Positions 27,964 to 38,462 of a stretch of DNA of 64,000 nt are shown in pieces; within the stretch, counting starts at the first letter, position 1, and every line of letters begins with the position of its first letter. The stretch lies in the IMG/VR virus record IMGVR_UViG_3300043446_003193, positions 145,444 to 209,443 of that record; one strand, written 5' to 3'. The notes beneath the pieces are model-generated. The model ran no database searches and was not told the origin of the DNA. It was given only the letters and a program-made list of their open reading frames with translations. A program made the translations under genes and the position numbers.

Positions 27964-30900
27964 TAGATAAAACCTGTTTTAAAGTATTTACTTCTTTTTT
28001 TAAATTTTGTATTTGTTTAACCATAATTGGAATTAGTTCATTATATTTTATGGTTAAATACTCTCCCATTATTCTTCCATCTGTTAAATTTGGATATATT
28101 TTTTCAACATCTTGTGCAATAAATCCATAATGTTTTTTATTTTCACTATCAGAATTCCAACTATATGCAACCGGATGTAATCTATCCATATCTTCAATTT
28201 CAGTTTCATCTATATCAACTATATTTTTTTTCAATCTTATATCAGAACTAAGTGATGTTGAAAAACCGGCAATATCACCTTTTACATGCAATTCTCCATA
28301 GTGAGCAAAATATCCTGCAGATTTTATATTTGCATTAGCAGCTGTTGGTGTAGCAATATCTTCAACTTTAAGAAAATTACCAGTACTATCCTGTGAACTA
28401 TTAAATAATGCCTGTAATCCTCTTTCTGAAATTTCTACTTGTTTTGTTAATGAAGTAGCTGTTAAAGATAATCCTTTTGCATAATAATTTGTTGAAGATG
28501 GTGAATATGAATCTACTCCAATACTTTCTGCCCAAATTGCATATCCAGCTGGTATAGTACCAAATCCAAATAAAGTAAATGAATCATAATAATCAATATG
28601 CCATCTTGTTTTTCTATAATTCGCAACCAAACCATTTGATTTTGTAGTGGATATTTGTAATGGGTTTGTTGTTTTACCAAGAGTTATAAATTGAAAAGAA
28701 GTATCTGCAAATTCTTCTTGAGTACTTGTAGTAGATGGAGAAACTGTTCTAGAAATTGAACCAATTGATGTTCCACCATAAGATAATGTACTTGTTACAG
28801 TTGCAGTACCAGTAACCGAATCAAAAGAAGTATAAAAATCAATATATTGTCCATCCATTTGTGAAAGAGTAGTATATGATGTTCCTTTTTTAGTATTAAA
28901 ATATGATATAAAAGCAGTAACAGCTGCTTCAGCACTACCACCTATCCATCCTCTAGTGATAGAAGAATAATAATTTAAATTCGTTGGGTCTTGACTTAAA
29001 TTATATTTTATATGATATGCAATATTTAGAGCTGCTTGATCAACAGTTGAAAAAGTACCAGTAGAAGCTACATATGTATACTCCATTGTTGGAGCATTGT
29101 TCCATTCTAAATCAATTCTATATTTAACCGATGCGTTAATTGAATATGTTGATGTAGCAGATAAACTGGTATACATATTAGTACTTGTTGCCGACAAAGT
29201 AGCTACCGTAGAACCATTAACATTATACAAATACAAATTTTGTGGTGTTGAAGTTCCTATACTAAAATAAGTTTGAGCGGTAGTTGCCGTTATTGCACTA
29301 CCTGCTCCTGGAACTGTTGTTAACAATTCACCTGGATGAATAAGTACACGGTTTCCTGCATAGGTACTTTCCCCTGTAATTTGAATATAATTATCAGCCC
29401 CAGTTCCTCCAGCATTTAAAGTAATTTTATCTTTAGAAATGCTATTTTGACCAATAACCCACCCACCAATAGTACCATCAGTAGCAGTTATTTTTCCAGA
29501 TATGTTCGCGTTGGAAGCTACTAAAGCACCTGCAGTATCTACTCTAAATGGAGCAGAGTTAAATGCCGTATTACCCGCATGAAATCCTGCAATTGACATT
29601 ACCGCTTGTGAATTACCGGATGAATTACCTGCTATTACTCTTGATTGACCACCATCTAATATCACACCATTTGTTGCAGTACCACCAATTAATTTTCCTG
29701 CTTGAATTTCAAATCCACCAATTGATCCAGTTTGAGCAGTTAATGTTGTTGCAGATATTGCACCACCAATATCAACTATATTTGTTGCAGATGCATCGTA
29801 TTTAAAATAATTACTACCACTAACAAAACTTACTTTTGGTACAAATGAACTTCCACTAATTCCTAACCAAATACCATTAGTACCATATGATTGAACTCCT
29901 TGACCTATTGAAACAAATGGTTTGGTAGTTCCACCTGCTAATGTTATATTTGCAGCAGAACCAGATGCATTAGTACCAATATTTAAAGTATTTTTAACAT
30001 ACGATTCATCAAATATTGCAATCTTAGCTGCAACAAAGAAATCTTGTGTTCCCAAATATTCCCAATAAGAATTGCTTGCTCCATCGGTAGGTGCATTTCC
30101 AGTTGTTTGCTGTAATGTTGCGTAATATTTTGTAACACCTCCTGAACTTTGATAAACGGCATCTCTTCTTGAAGAACCCGCAACAGTTGTGTAATAATAA
30201 GTTGTGCCTGCTGCATATTCTCCTCTTAACACAATACCAGGACCCGTCGCTCCGGTATTTCCATCAGTACCATCCGATGAAACATTTACATTATGTGTTT
30301 TATAAAAAGTTGTAGAAGTTCCTTCCGAATCTACATATGATCCGGTAATGCTTACAATTAATCCACTTGTAGAAGATGGTGTAGAAGGTGTTATTGTTGT
30401 ATATCCATCACCATCTACACCGGCATTTGTACCATTTGTTACAGAAGATATTCTAAATGAAGGTATAACATATGGAGAAGTGGCATCATACGCATATGCA
30501 CTACCACCTTCATTTACATATAATTTAAATGAAGAAGGAGTACCATATGAACCTGCTGTACTTTTTGTAATAGTTTGTCCATCTTTTTCAATTGATACAA
30601 CTACCGCCGGTGGTGCCGCTAATGCTTTAGAAACGGTAGCTACAACATTTTTAGTACCAGATGTACCTTCACTATCGGTATAGTTTACAGGTATTGTTAC
30701 TTGAGCAGTTGAACCAGTTATTGAAGATGCCGTTGATGTTATTGTTATAACATTTGACGAAACTGTTCCTGCCAATCCATTTGTATATGTTGGTGTACCT
30801 ATTGAAGTAAATCTACTTGTACCAGATTCCAAAGCAGTTATCGTTAATGCGGTTGGAGTAGCAGAACCACTTGTTTTTGAATTTGCATTTATTGATTGTG

Positions 30901-33900
30901 CAGATGGAGATACTGCTACTAATACATTTGGTGTACCTGCTTTAGCTTTTGAATATGTTACTAATTTTACAAATGTACTATCACTTCCTCTACCATCTCT
31001 GTAAGTTACTTTTAAATTTATACTACCACTATCAGCGGATAACGCGGTTATAGAATAGTTGTTATTTGTAAGTACTGCTGTTACATTTGAAGATGATGAA
31101 ATACTTGCACTAAATTTATTGTTTCCAATTGTAGATGCGTATGAAATATCTTCACTTCCAACTTTTACTGATATAGAACCACTACTTGCTAAAAACCCAC
31201 CAAAAACAGTTCCACCAGAATATGCAGGAAATGTTGTATTTTCGTTTGATACTGTCACTGCAATTTGTGATTCAGCTATTACCGGAGTAATTGTAATTGT
31301 ATCACTATAAACTGCATTATTTAAATCATAAGCAGTAAATGTATATGTTGTTGCGCCAGATGAATATGAATAATCACTACCATTTATACTATATGATTGT
31401 ACACCGGTGGTATTATTGTTAGAACCAACGGTCAAAGCTGGTTTACTACTACCACTAGTTACAGTAATTTCATTTGTAGTACTTCCTAAATTATTTCTTT
31501 TTACATCAATTGTTATAGTTTGTCCAGATGGTGATAAACTCAAATCGGTCATTTTATAAAAAAACTGATTAGCGTTAGAAACTGCATTTAAGTTTTTACT
31601 CTTATCACCTTTTAATACACCTTCCAATTGTACCGAAGATGAATATCCTCCTTTATTAAAATAATAAGTTCCTTTATGTGTAAGTTGGGTAGGAGTAGCA
31701 TATGACCAAGATGCTACATTTGTACCTAGCATTGCAACATCGTGTTGATCATCTCCACTAAAAACACGATAAACAGACTCGGTAGATTTTCCTATATATT
31801 CGGTAGATATTAAAGCTAATTTTGGTAAATAAGAACCAGAAGTTATGTAAATACTACCAGAAACAATGTTATTTGTTAGCTTTATATCAATAAAATCATT
31901 AAGTTGTGCAGGAACATTATTATCGTCTGGATCATACACAAATTGATTTTTATTAGCAATTGCAATGAAATTTTGACCATCAATACCATCTGCACCAACA
32001 GCTCCTTGATCAACTCTATAAATGTTTACCAAATCTCTTACATCTTCGCAAGATGCCGTATATTGAACTCTACTAATTTTTGATGAAGATATTGATCCAG
32101 TAAAATTAGAAACCAAAAGAGTTGCGGATGTTTCCGTTACATTTGTTAATAAACCAGGATAAAAAGGTTCAGATGCATAAACCGATGGATTAATGTAATC
32201 ACCATTTGCATCAAATGCTGAAGAGTAGAATGTTACAGAACCGGTTAATCCTATTTTTGAAATATCAAAATTTATTGAAGATACTCCAATTGTTTCTCCT
32301 GAGCCAGAAAAACTAAATAGTGTATTATCTGGAGTTACTGTTAATGATTTTTGAACAATTGTATCTGTTCCACCAGTAAATGTAATTTCTTTTTCTAAAG
32401 TAACAGGTACATAATTGTTATTAATATCGTAAAATTCAAAACGAAAATCGTAAGTATCATTATTTACTTTAGTCGGAACATTTACATTTAGAGTAACTTC
32501 ATTAGGAGAAAAGTTTGTTTCTTGAGAAGCTCGTAAACTTATGTTTGATAAATACCATTCTCCTTGATGAATATTAAAAAATATTTGTCCCTGCCCATCA
32601 GTATCTGGTTTAAAATTTATTTGTTGTTTATCAAATCTTCTAAAAGATTCACTAACATTAAATTCACCTAAAAGTTTTCCATATCCAAGATCAGAGTCCT
32701 CAACTACGAATGCCGGTCCAACACCAAACACATTTAATTTTCCATAACCAAAAGAAGATGATTGCAATAAAAGACTGAAATCTAATTGATATTCAGTATT
32801 ACTTAGAAAATCAATATCATTGTGATTATAAAAAACTCTCTGTGGATGTTGTGTTGTATTTAAAGTATTATCGTCTTGTAGTTTTACTGAAGATGCTAAT
32901 ACTGAATCATTTTGTGTAGCAGTATAATATGTATTTTCTTCATGTTTTTTATATTTCCAAAAATCATCTATTATTTTTTGAGATGAAAATTGTCCTATTC
33001 TAACATTTACACTTCCACTATATGCATCAGTTTGAAATAGTTCATTTGATTCTAACTGAATATCTTCTAATAAACTATAATTTCCAATATCTGATTTTCT
33101 TTTACCAAATATTTTCAAACGATTTACATCACCACTAAATGTTTCCAAATTAGCTATTTTTATTTTAGCATAAGAAGAACTAATTGCAGAGTTTGTTAAA
33201 GTTACACTTTCGTTATATGGTAATGTAAATGATGCGGAAGAAAAATCAGTTACATATTGTACGGCGTTTGTGGCATTTGAAGATGTTTCATAATAAGGAA
33301 TTGTTGCTAATGCTTTTTTAGAATTAACAACATCTTTTATAATTGTAGAATATGATTGATTTAATCCAGTTATCGTAATTGTTTCACCTTCCATAGATGA
33401 TGAAAAATTACTTCCACTAATTTTTAATTCATAAATTGTATCACCTTTGAAAGTTCTAAAATTTGAACCAGATGTAGGTTGTACCGAAACACCATCAACA
33501 CTTCCACTAATAGTTACTCTATTTACAGTTCTATTGTATATTGGTAAAATTGTTTCAGTTATATCTACCGTCGGTCTACGATAGAAACGAATCTTTGTTG
33601 TATTTGCAATAATAGGATTTACATTCACTACTTTTTGCCATCTAACATTATATTGATTTTCCCAGTTTGAAGGGATTGGTGTTAGTAATCCATTAGCATC
33701 TTCATATTCACTTAATTCTCCTAATATAGTAATTGTACATGGACCAAATGCAGTATCTGGATAAACATATACTGCCACTACTTTTGAAGTTCCTTCATAA
33801 TATTCAGGAATACCTTCTCCTGGTTCGTGATAAATTACATTTCCTAATGCATCTTTAATTTCTATCTTTATAAGAGTATCGGCAACTAATTCAGGAGAAC

Positions 33901-34048
33901 CCTGAATTAAAAAAGAGTTTTTACCACCAGAAAAAGTTCCAGGTAGTTCGGTGATTCTAAAGTATCTACTATTTGGATCAGTATCTTCTAAAAATATATT
34001 ATATCTCTCTAAATTTTCTGGAAATAGAGTCTTTTTAAGAATGGCCAT
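27953..34048 (-). CDS. Long tail fibre with C-terminal peptidase S74 intramolecular chaperone
   Basis: SDIRLKKNI...PV.Y.W...GFIAQDV..IYP...YNELIP.MVKQIQ.L; GSIGGF/GTIGGW fibre repeats; short Gly-X-Y stretches. Confidence 0.88.
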   Translation of the reverse strand: MAILKKTLFPENLERYNIFLEDTDPNSRYFRITELPGTFSGGKNSFLIQGSPELVADTLIKIEIKDALGNVIYHEPGEGIPEYYEGTSKVVAVYVYPDTAFGPCTITILGELSEYEDANGLLTPIPSNWENQYNVRWQKVVNVNPIIANTTKIRFYRRPTVDITETILPIYNRTVNRVTISGSVDGVSVQPTSGSNFRTFKGDTIYELKISGSNFSSSMEGETITITGLNQSYSTIIKDVVNSKKALATIPYYETSSNATNAVQYVTDFSSASFTLPYNESVTLTNSAISSSYAKIKIANLETFSGDVNRLKIFGKRKSDIGNYSLLEDIQLESNELFQTDAYSGSVNVRIGQFSSQKIIDDFWKYKKHEENTYYTATQNDSVLASSVKLQDDNTLNTTQHPQRVFYNHNDIDFLSNTEYQLDFSLLLQSSSFGYGKLNVFGVGPAFVVEDSDLGYGKLLGEFNVSESFRRFDKQQINFKPDTDGQGQIFFNIHQGEWYLSNISLRASQETNFSPNEVTLNVNVPTKVNNDTYDFRFEFYDINNNYVPVTLEKEITFTGGTDTIVQKSLTVTPDNTLFSFSGSGETIGVSSINFDISKIGLTGSVTFYSSAFDANGDYINPSVYASEPFYPGLLTNVTETSATLLVSNFTGSISSSKISRVQYTASCEDVRDLVNIYRVDQGAVGADGIDGQNFIAIANKNQFVYDPDDNNVPAQLNDFIDIKLTNNIVSGSIYITSGSYLPKLALISTEYIGKSTESVYRVFSGDDQHDVAMLGTNVASWSYATPTQLTHKGTYYFNKGGYSSSVQLEGVLKGDKSKNLNAVSNANQFFYKMTDLSLSPSGQTITIDVKRNNLGSTTNEITVTSGSSKPALTVGSNNNTTGVQSYSINGSDYSYSSGATTYTFTAYDLNNAVYSDTITITPVIAESQIAVTVSNENTTFPAYSGGTVFGGFLASSGSISVKVGSEDISYASTIGNNKFSASISSSSNVTAVLTNNNYSITALSADSGSINLKVTYRDGRGSDSTFVKLVTYSKAKAGTPNVLVAVSPSAQSINANSKTSGSATPTALTITALESGTSRFTSIGTPTYTNGLAGTVSSNVITITSTASSITGSTAQVTIPVNYTDSEGTSGTKNVVATVSKALAAPPAVVVSIEKDGQTITKSTAGSYGTPSSFKLYVNEGGSAYAYDATSPYVIPSFRISSVTNGTNAGVDGDGYTTITPSTPSSTSGLIVSITGSYVDSEGTSTTFYKTHNVNVSSDGTDGNTGATGPGIVLRGEYAAGTTYYYTTVAGSSRRDAVYQSSGGVTKYYATLQQTTGNAPTDGASNSYWEYLGTQDFFVAAKIAIFDESYVKNTLNIGTNASGSAANITLAGGTTKPFVSIGQGVQSYGTNGIWLGISGSSFVPKVSFVSGSNYFKYDASATNIVDIGGAISATTLTAQTGSIGGFEIQAGKLIGGTATNGVILDGGQSRVIAGNSSGNSQAVMSIAGFHAGNTAFNSAPFRVDTAGALVASNANISGKITATDGTIGGWVIGQNSISKDKITLNAGGTGADNYIQITGESTYAGNRVLIHPGELLTTVPGAGSAITATTAQTYFSIGTSTPQNLYLYNVNGSTVATLSATSTNMYTSLSATSTYSINASVKYRIDLEWNNAPTMEYTYVASTGTFSTVDQAALNIAYHIKYNLSQDPTNLNYYSSITRGWIGGSAEAAVTAFISYFNTKKGTSYTTLSQMDGQYIDFYTSFDSVTGTATVTSTLSYGGTSIGSISRTVSPSTTSTQEEFADTSFQFITLGKTTNPLQISTTKSNGLVANYRKTRWHIDYYDSFTLFGFGTIPAGYAIWAESIGVDSYSPSSTNYYAKGLSLTATSLTKQVEISERGLQALFNSSQDSTGNFLKVEDIATPTAANANIKSAGYFAHYGELHVKGDIAGFSTSLSSDIRLKKNIVDIDETEIEDMDRLHPVAYSWNSDSENKKHYGFIAQDVEKIYPNLTDGRIMGEYLTIKYNELIPIMVKQIQNLKKEVNTLKQVLSNGK

Positions 34049-34060
34049 TAATCTTTTTAC

Positions 34061-34098
34061 ATAAATATTCTCAAAAAAATAATCTTCACATATTTATA
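34061..34098. promoter_or_regulatory. Back-to-back ATATTTAT(A) motifs for the divergent fibre operon (-, 34061-34068) and RHH gene (+, 34090-34098)
   Basis: Motif orientation follows gene orientation. Confidence 0.65.
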
Positions 34099-34100
34099 TA

Positions 34101-34150
34101 AAGAAAACTAATAAATACTATATTGTATTATAGAAAACTAAAGAAAACTA
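34101..34150 (+). repeat. Phased 10-bp direct repeats WAGAAAACTA (operator-like)
   Basis: Copies at 34101, 34131, 34141 plus a degenerate copy at 34111, all in 10-bp phase. Confidence 0.75.
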
Positions 34151-34158
34151 AATAAGTT

Positions 34159-34344
34159 ATGAAATACGCAATGTTGCAAATTAAAAAAGAAACCCATGAA
34201 CTTCTCAAATCATATTGTGAAGAACACGGGTTTAAAATGGGTAGTTTAGTTGAAAATCTAATCAAAAAACACGTTGGTGTTTCAAAACCTCAATCAGGTG
34301 TGTTGAAGGCTGATAAAGTTACTGTTAGAAATCAATCTTACTAA
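34159..34344 (+). CDS. Ribbon-helix-helix-like DNA-binding protein
   Basis: AMLQI strand + ETHELLKSYCEEHG helix + MGSLVENLIKKH helix; only credible plus-strand gene. Confidence 0.7.
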   Translation: MKYAMLQIKKETHELLKSYCEEHGFKMGSLVENLIKKHVGVSKPQSGVLKADKVTVRNQSY

Positions 34345-37300
34345 ATCCATTCTCTTTTTTTATTTCTATTAATCCATCTACGATATCTCTCATAGCATCT
34401 AAGTGAGAAATAACCCAAATGAAATCAAATTGAGTTTTAAGATATTGCATCATTCCGAATAGGGATGATAGATTATCACTATCTAATGTACCAAATCCCT
34501 CATCAATCACTAAGAAGTTTGGTCTAGGTAATCCACATATGTTTATCAATGCAACTCTGATTGCTAAACCACTAATAAACTTTTCCATACCACTACACAT
34601 TTCTAATGCCCATTCTTGATCCTCGTAAACTATCTTTGCGTTGATATTCTTGCCATCTACTTCCATTACAACCCCGAAATCAACTACTTGTCCTAAGATA
34701 TTATTTACTTCCGTTTGAATAACCGGTAATGCTTTAGAAATTAATTCATATGGAATACCATCTCTCTTTACAGCATCTAAATAATAGGTGTATAGGCGGT
34801 TCTTTTCTTCTAAATCCTTAACTTCATCCATTTTAGCTTTGATACCGTCTATAAACGATTGCAATTGAGAAATAGAACCATTTACAGAAGTTATATCTTT
34901 ATTAATTTGTTTAATTACTTTATCAACTTCTGATTTAAGAATTTCTTTTTCTTTAATTTGTTTTTCTAATTGTTTGTTTGTTTCAATTGTATCTTCGTTT
35001 TCGTAATATTTTTCAATATCTTCTTCAACTTTATCCAATTGAGTTTGTAATAATTCTTCTTTTGTTTCTAAACCTTTGTATTCCATTTCGGCTTTCTCTA
35101 ATATAACTTTTATTCTGGAATATCTTGTTTTGATTTCTTGTAATTCATTATATTGTTCTTCTACACCTTCCATAGTATCCAATGTTTGTTGAATACCTGT
35201 ACAATTAACCAATGCTTCTCTAAATTCTTCTTTCAATTGAGGTAATAATTCTTTTACTCTCATTGCATCTTTTACAAAAGTATTATCACAACAAAACTCA
35301 CAATTTGGGTCGTATTTATGATTATTCAAATGTGCAATCGTTTCTTCTGCAGAACTTACATGCACTTTTGCAATATCATAAGTTTTAGTTGCTTCGGTTA
35401 ATGCTTTTTGTTCTTTTTGATAATTTGAATATGCCGTTTCAATATCAACGCCGCCAAATGATTTCTTATCTTCTATTGATTGTGATAATTCATTAAGGGT
35501 ATTGGTATGATTTTCTATTTTAGTTTCAGTATTGGTATATTCCGTTTCTAAATCTTCAATTTGTTTTGTAATTAATTTTCTTTTATCTTCCAAAGTGGGT
35601 AAATCTAAATTAGAATCAATTGGTGCAAGTTGTCTTGTTAATCCTAACACCTCGTTCTCAATACTTTCTTTTATTTTTGCTTCAGAATTTAATTGTTGTT
35701 GTAATTCTTTTAATTCACCTTTTTTATATTTAATCTCAATACCTTTATTTGCCAATTCTGTTGTAAAATCAGTTTTCTTAAAATTTTTGATAAGAACACT
35801 TACTTCTCTAATATCTTCTACTGCTGTATCAAACAACTTATCAAAGATATTCAATCCCATAAATTGTGCCAATAAATCTTTTCTTTCACTTTGTGATTTA
35901 TCAATGAATAGTGCATTATTCCCTTGCAGAGATAATGCAGTTAATACGAAATCCTCATACTTACCAACATATTGTTCAATGATGGTGTTTGTATCTCTTC
36001 TTTCTGTTCCATTAAGTGAAGTTCTTTCATCTCCATCCATTTTATAGAACTCAACATCTACTTTTACATTCTTTCCTTTGTTGATTGTTTTAGCAGTTCT
36101 TTCAATAAAATATCTTTCACCATTAATATCAAATTCTAACTTACATTTGAAATCGGTTTTACGATTATTCATTATGTTTGCTGCTTTGAATGCTCTACTA
36201 CTCTTATCGTATAAACAAAATGAAATAGAGTCAAATAGAGATGATTTACCACTTGCATTTGGTGCAAATAATCCCATCAATCCGTTTAATTTACTGAAAT
36301 CAATAACATTGTCCTCACCATAGGAGAACATGTTACTAAACTCAAACTTTATAGGTTTCCATTGGATATTTCTTGCAACATCATCTAATACAATTCTACT
36401 ATTAATATCTCTATTGATTGTTTCCAATTCAGATAAATCTTTATCTGTCACAAATGGCATCATTCTCTTAACATAATCATGTATTAAAGAGTTTTGATGG
36501 TTTACATCTGTAATATCTTCAAAATCTAATTTGTTTTGTCTATTTCCGGTCTTTAATTTGGAAAGTGAATCCGTTCTAATGATTGTAAAATCTTCAAGTC
36601 CGTATCTCATCTTAATTTCTGTCAATACTTTCTTTGTATCGGCAGTATCGGTATTAGATAAACGAACTCTCAATCTTGCATTCTTTGGCATATTGTTTAC
36701 AACCGGAACTACACCATTATCTACATCCAAAGTATAATAACCATAATCGTTTGGTAAATCAACACTCTCATAAGTTAGAGTATCCATATCCCAAACTAAG
36801 AAACCATGTTTATCTAATGTTTCACCGAAGTTTTGTTGAACCAATGAACCAGCATAAACTACCTTACAACCTGCCGGACTAATCATCTCTTGTCTTTTAT
36901 GAATATCACCCAATAGAGCTAAATCATATCCATCAAATATATCGGTTGTAAAATGTCTACTACTAACCACATAACCCACATCCGTAATAGAATTATCCAC
37001 GGGGCCGTGGAATAATGCAATCTTTGTTTTTGCATCAATATCTTCTGCTTTAGGCCAATTATCTTTATTATCAAAAATAGAATAAACAGCGAATGCAGTA
37101 TCACCATATTTCCAAACTTGTGTATCTCTTAAATAATAAAAATTATCCAAATTCAATGCTTCTACAATTGGAGTAAGAACATCAATTCTATCCAAATTAT
37201 TCATATTACAATCGTGATTACCTGTAATAAGAATTGTAGGTGCTAATTTTGCACACTCCGTAAATAACCAACTAATCTCTCTAACTAATTCAGGAGACAT

Positions 37301-37471
37301 TTCCAATTTAGCATGAGCAATATCACCTGCTAAATAAATGATTGCATTTTCCGTTCCTCTATTACGGATTTCCTCAAACATTTTTTCAAATACTTGTCTA
37401 TACTCTTTGTGTCGTTTCACGTTACGGATATGTACGTCCGCAATATGGTAAATTGTTTTTAATTTACTCAT
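34325..37471 (-). CDS. Fused SbcD/Mre11 (gp47-like) nuclease - SbcC/Rad50 (gp46-like) ATPase
   Basis: ADVH, GDIAH, GNHD, FHG phosphoesterase motifs; FSNMFSYG, NASGKSS, CEFC hook, SGMEK, LVIDEGFGTLD, ISH. Confidence 0.93.
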   Translation of the reverse strand: MSKLKTIYHIADVHIRNVKRHKEYRQVFEKMFEEIRNRGTENAIIYLAGDIAHAKLEMSPELVREISWLFTECAKLAPTILITGNHDCNMNNLDRIDVLTPIVEALNLDNFYYLRDTQVWKYGDTAFAVYSIFDNKDNWPKAEDIDAKTKIALFHGPVDNSITDVGYVVSSRHFTTDIFDGYDLALLGDIHKRQEMISPAGCKVVYAGSLVQQNFGETLDKHGFLVWDMDTLTYESVDLPNDYGYYTLDVDNGVVPVVNNMPKNARLRVRLSNTDTADTKKVLTEIKMRYGLEDFTIIRTDSLSKLKTGNRQNKLDFEDITDVNHQNSLIHDYVKRMMPFVTDKDLSELETINRDINSRIVLDDVARNIQWKPIKFEFSNMFSYGEDNVIDFSKLNGLMGLFAPNASGKSSLFDSISFCLYDKSSRAFKAANIMNNRKTDFKCKLEFDINGERYFIERTAKTINKGKNVKVDVEFYKMDGDERTSLNGTERRDTNTIIEQYVGKYEDFVLTALSLQGNNALFIDKSQSERKDLLAQFMGLNIFDKLFDTAVEDIREVSVLIKNFKKTDFTTELANKGIEIKYKKGELKELQQQLNSEAKIKESIENEVLGLTRQLAPIDSNLDLPTLEDKRKLITKQIEDLETEYTNTETKIENHTNTLNELSQSIEDKKSFGGVDIETAYSNYQKEQKALTEATKTYDIAKVHVSSAEETIAHLNNHKYDPNCEFCCDNTFVKDAMRVKELLPQLKEEFREALVNCTGIQQTLDTMEGVEEQYNELQEIKTRYSRIKVILEKAEMEYKGLETKEELLQTQLDKVEEDIEKYYENEDTIETNKQLEKQIKEKEILKSEVDKVIKQINKDITSVNGSISQLQSFIDGIKAKMDEVKDLEEKNRLYTYYLDAVKRDGIPYELISKALPVIQTEVNNILGQVVDFGVVMEVDGKNINAKIVYEDQEWALEMCSGMEKFISGLAIRVALINICGLPRPNFLVIDEGFGTLDSDNLSSLFGMMQYLKTQFDFIWVISHLDAMRDIVDGLIEIKKENGFSKIDF

Positions 37472-38409
37472 AAACTATTTATTTTATTTAACAATAATTC
37501 TTCCGAAGTAAATTCTTTAGTTTTCTTTAGTTCTTCGTAGAATTTTTCATACCCCATATCGGCGGCATCTTTATCTTTTAAATACATCATTTTAACCTGT
37601 ATTCCATTCTTTCTAAAATACTCTGCTGCTTTCAATGCCTCACTTATCGCATCGTTATCTAATGAAATAATGATATCACTAACACCACTCATAAAGATTT
37701 TCTCAACTAATGATTTTGAAGGAAACTTACCTAATAGTGGAATGGCATTTCTTTTAATTGTAATTGCATCAAATACACCCTCACAAAGTATAATTGGTTC
37801 ATTCCAATTTACCTGAGAATCAAAACAAATTATATTTTTACTAATTGGTGGGTTTTTATATTTCATCTTCTCTTCTGGATAATAAGAACGAGAAACAAAA
37901 TAATTTAATGAACCATCGGAATTATAAGAAGGTATAATAACCCTTCTAGCGTATAATCCTTCCATACAATATCCTATATTATATTTTATAATATCTTTTT
38001 CAGTAATACCCCTTTCAGTAAGATAATGCATGGCATGTTTATATTCAGGATTAAACCCTTTAGGAACCTCATTAAGAGGTTTAAATTCTTTTGGTAGGGA
38101 AATGAACACCTTTGTATCGGCATCCTCTAATTGTGGGTTATATTGAGAATCTCCATATATTTCTCTAATAATAGAAATAGTCTTTCTATCAACATCCAAC
38201 TTTTTTAATAAGGATGTTAGTTTTTTACCACCACTATTACACGTCCAACAATGCCACTTTTGAGTTTCGGTATTAACTTGTAACTTTTGTTTGTGGTGAT
38301 TACAAAACGGGCAATAAAATGCCAATTCGTTACCCCTTAATACGGAATAACTACCCAACGCATTAGATAGCGTGGTCGTAACTATATTTTTATCAGTTTG
38401 CTTCAACAC
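37468..38409 (-). CDS. DNA primase (zinc finger + TOPRIM); start revised to GTG at 38409
   Basis: CPFC..H..K and WHCWTC zinc finger; LCEGVFDA, LDND, KDAAD; the track start at 38427 lies inside a promoter. Confidence 0.88.
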   Translation of the reverse strand: MLKQTDKNIVTTTLSNALGSYSVLRGNELAFYCPFCNHHKQKLQVNTETQKWHCWTCNSGGKKLTSLLKKLDVDRKTISIIREIYGDSQYNPQLEDADTKVFISLPKEFKPLNEVPKGFNPEYKHAMHYLTERGITEKDIIKYNIGYCMEGLYARRVIIPSYNSDGSLNYFVSRSYYPEEKMKYKNPPISKNIICFDSQVNWNEPIILCEGVFDAITIKRNAIPLLGKFPSKSLVEKIFMSGVSDIIISLDNDAISEALKAAEYFRKNGIQVKMMYLKDKDAADMGYEKFYEELKKTKEFTSEELLLNKINSL

Positions 38410-38413
38410 AACT

Positions 38414-38445
38414 GTAATATACAACAAATATTTGATATTACCAAA
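38414..38445 (-). promoter_or_regulatory. Bacteroidota sigma70-type promoter (TTTG-N20-TATATTAC)
   Basis: Shares 16 identical bp with the 62427-62458 copy. Confidence 0.7.
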
Positions 38446-38462
38446 TATTTACATAAGTATTT

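Noticed and set aside
34101-34150. CRISPR mini-array
   Set aside because: 10-bp repeats without unique spacers; no cas genes
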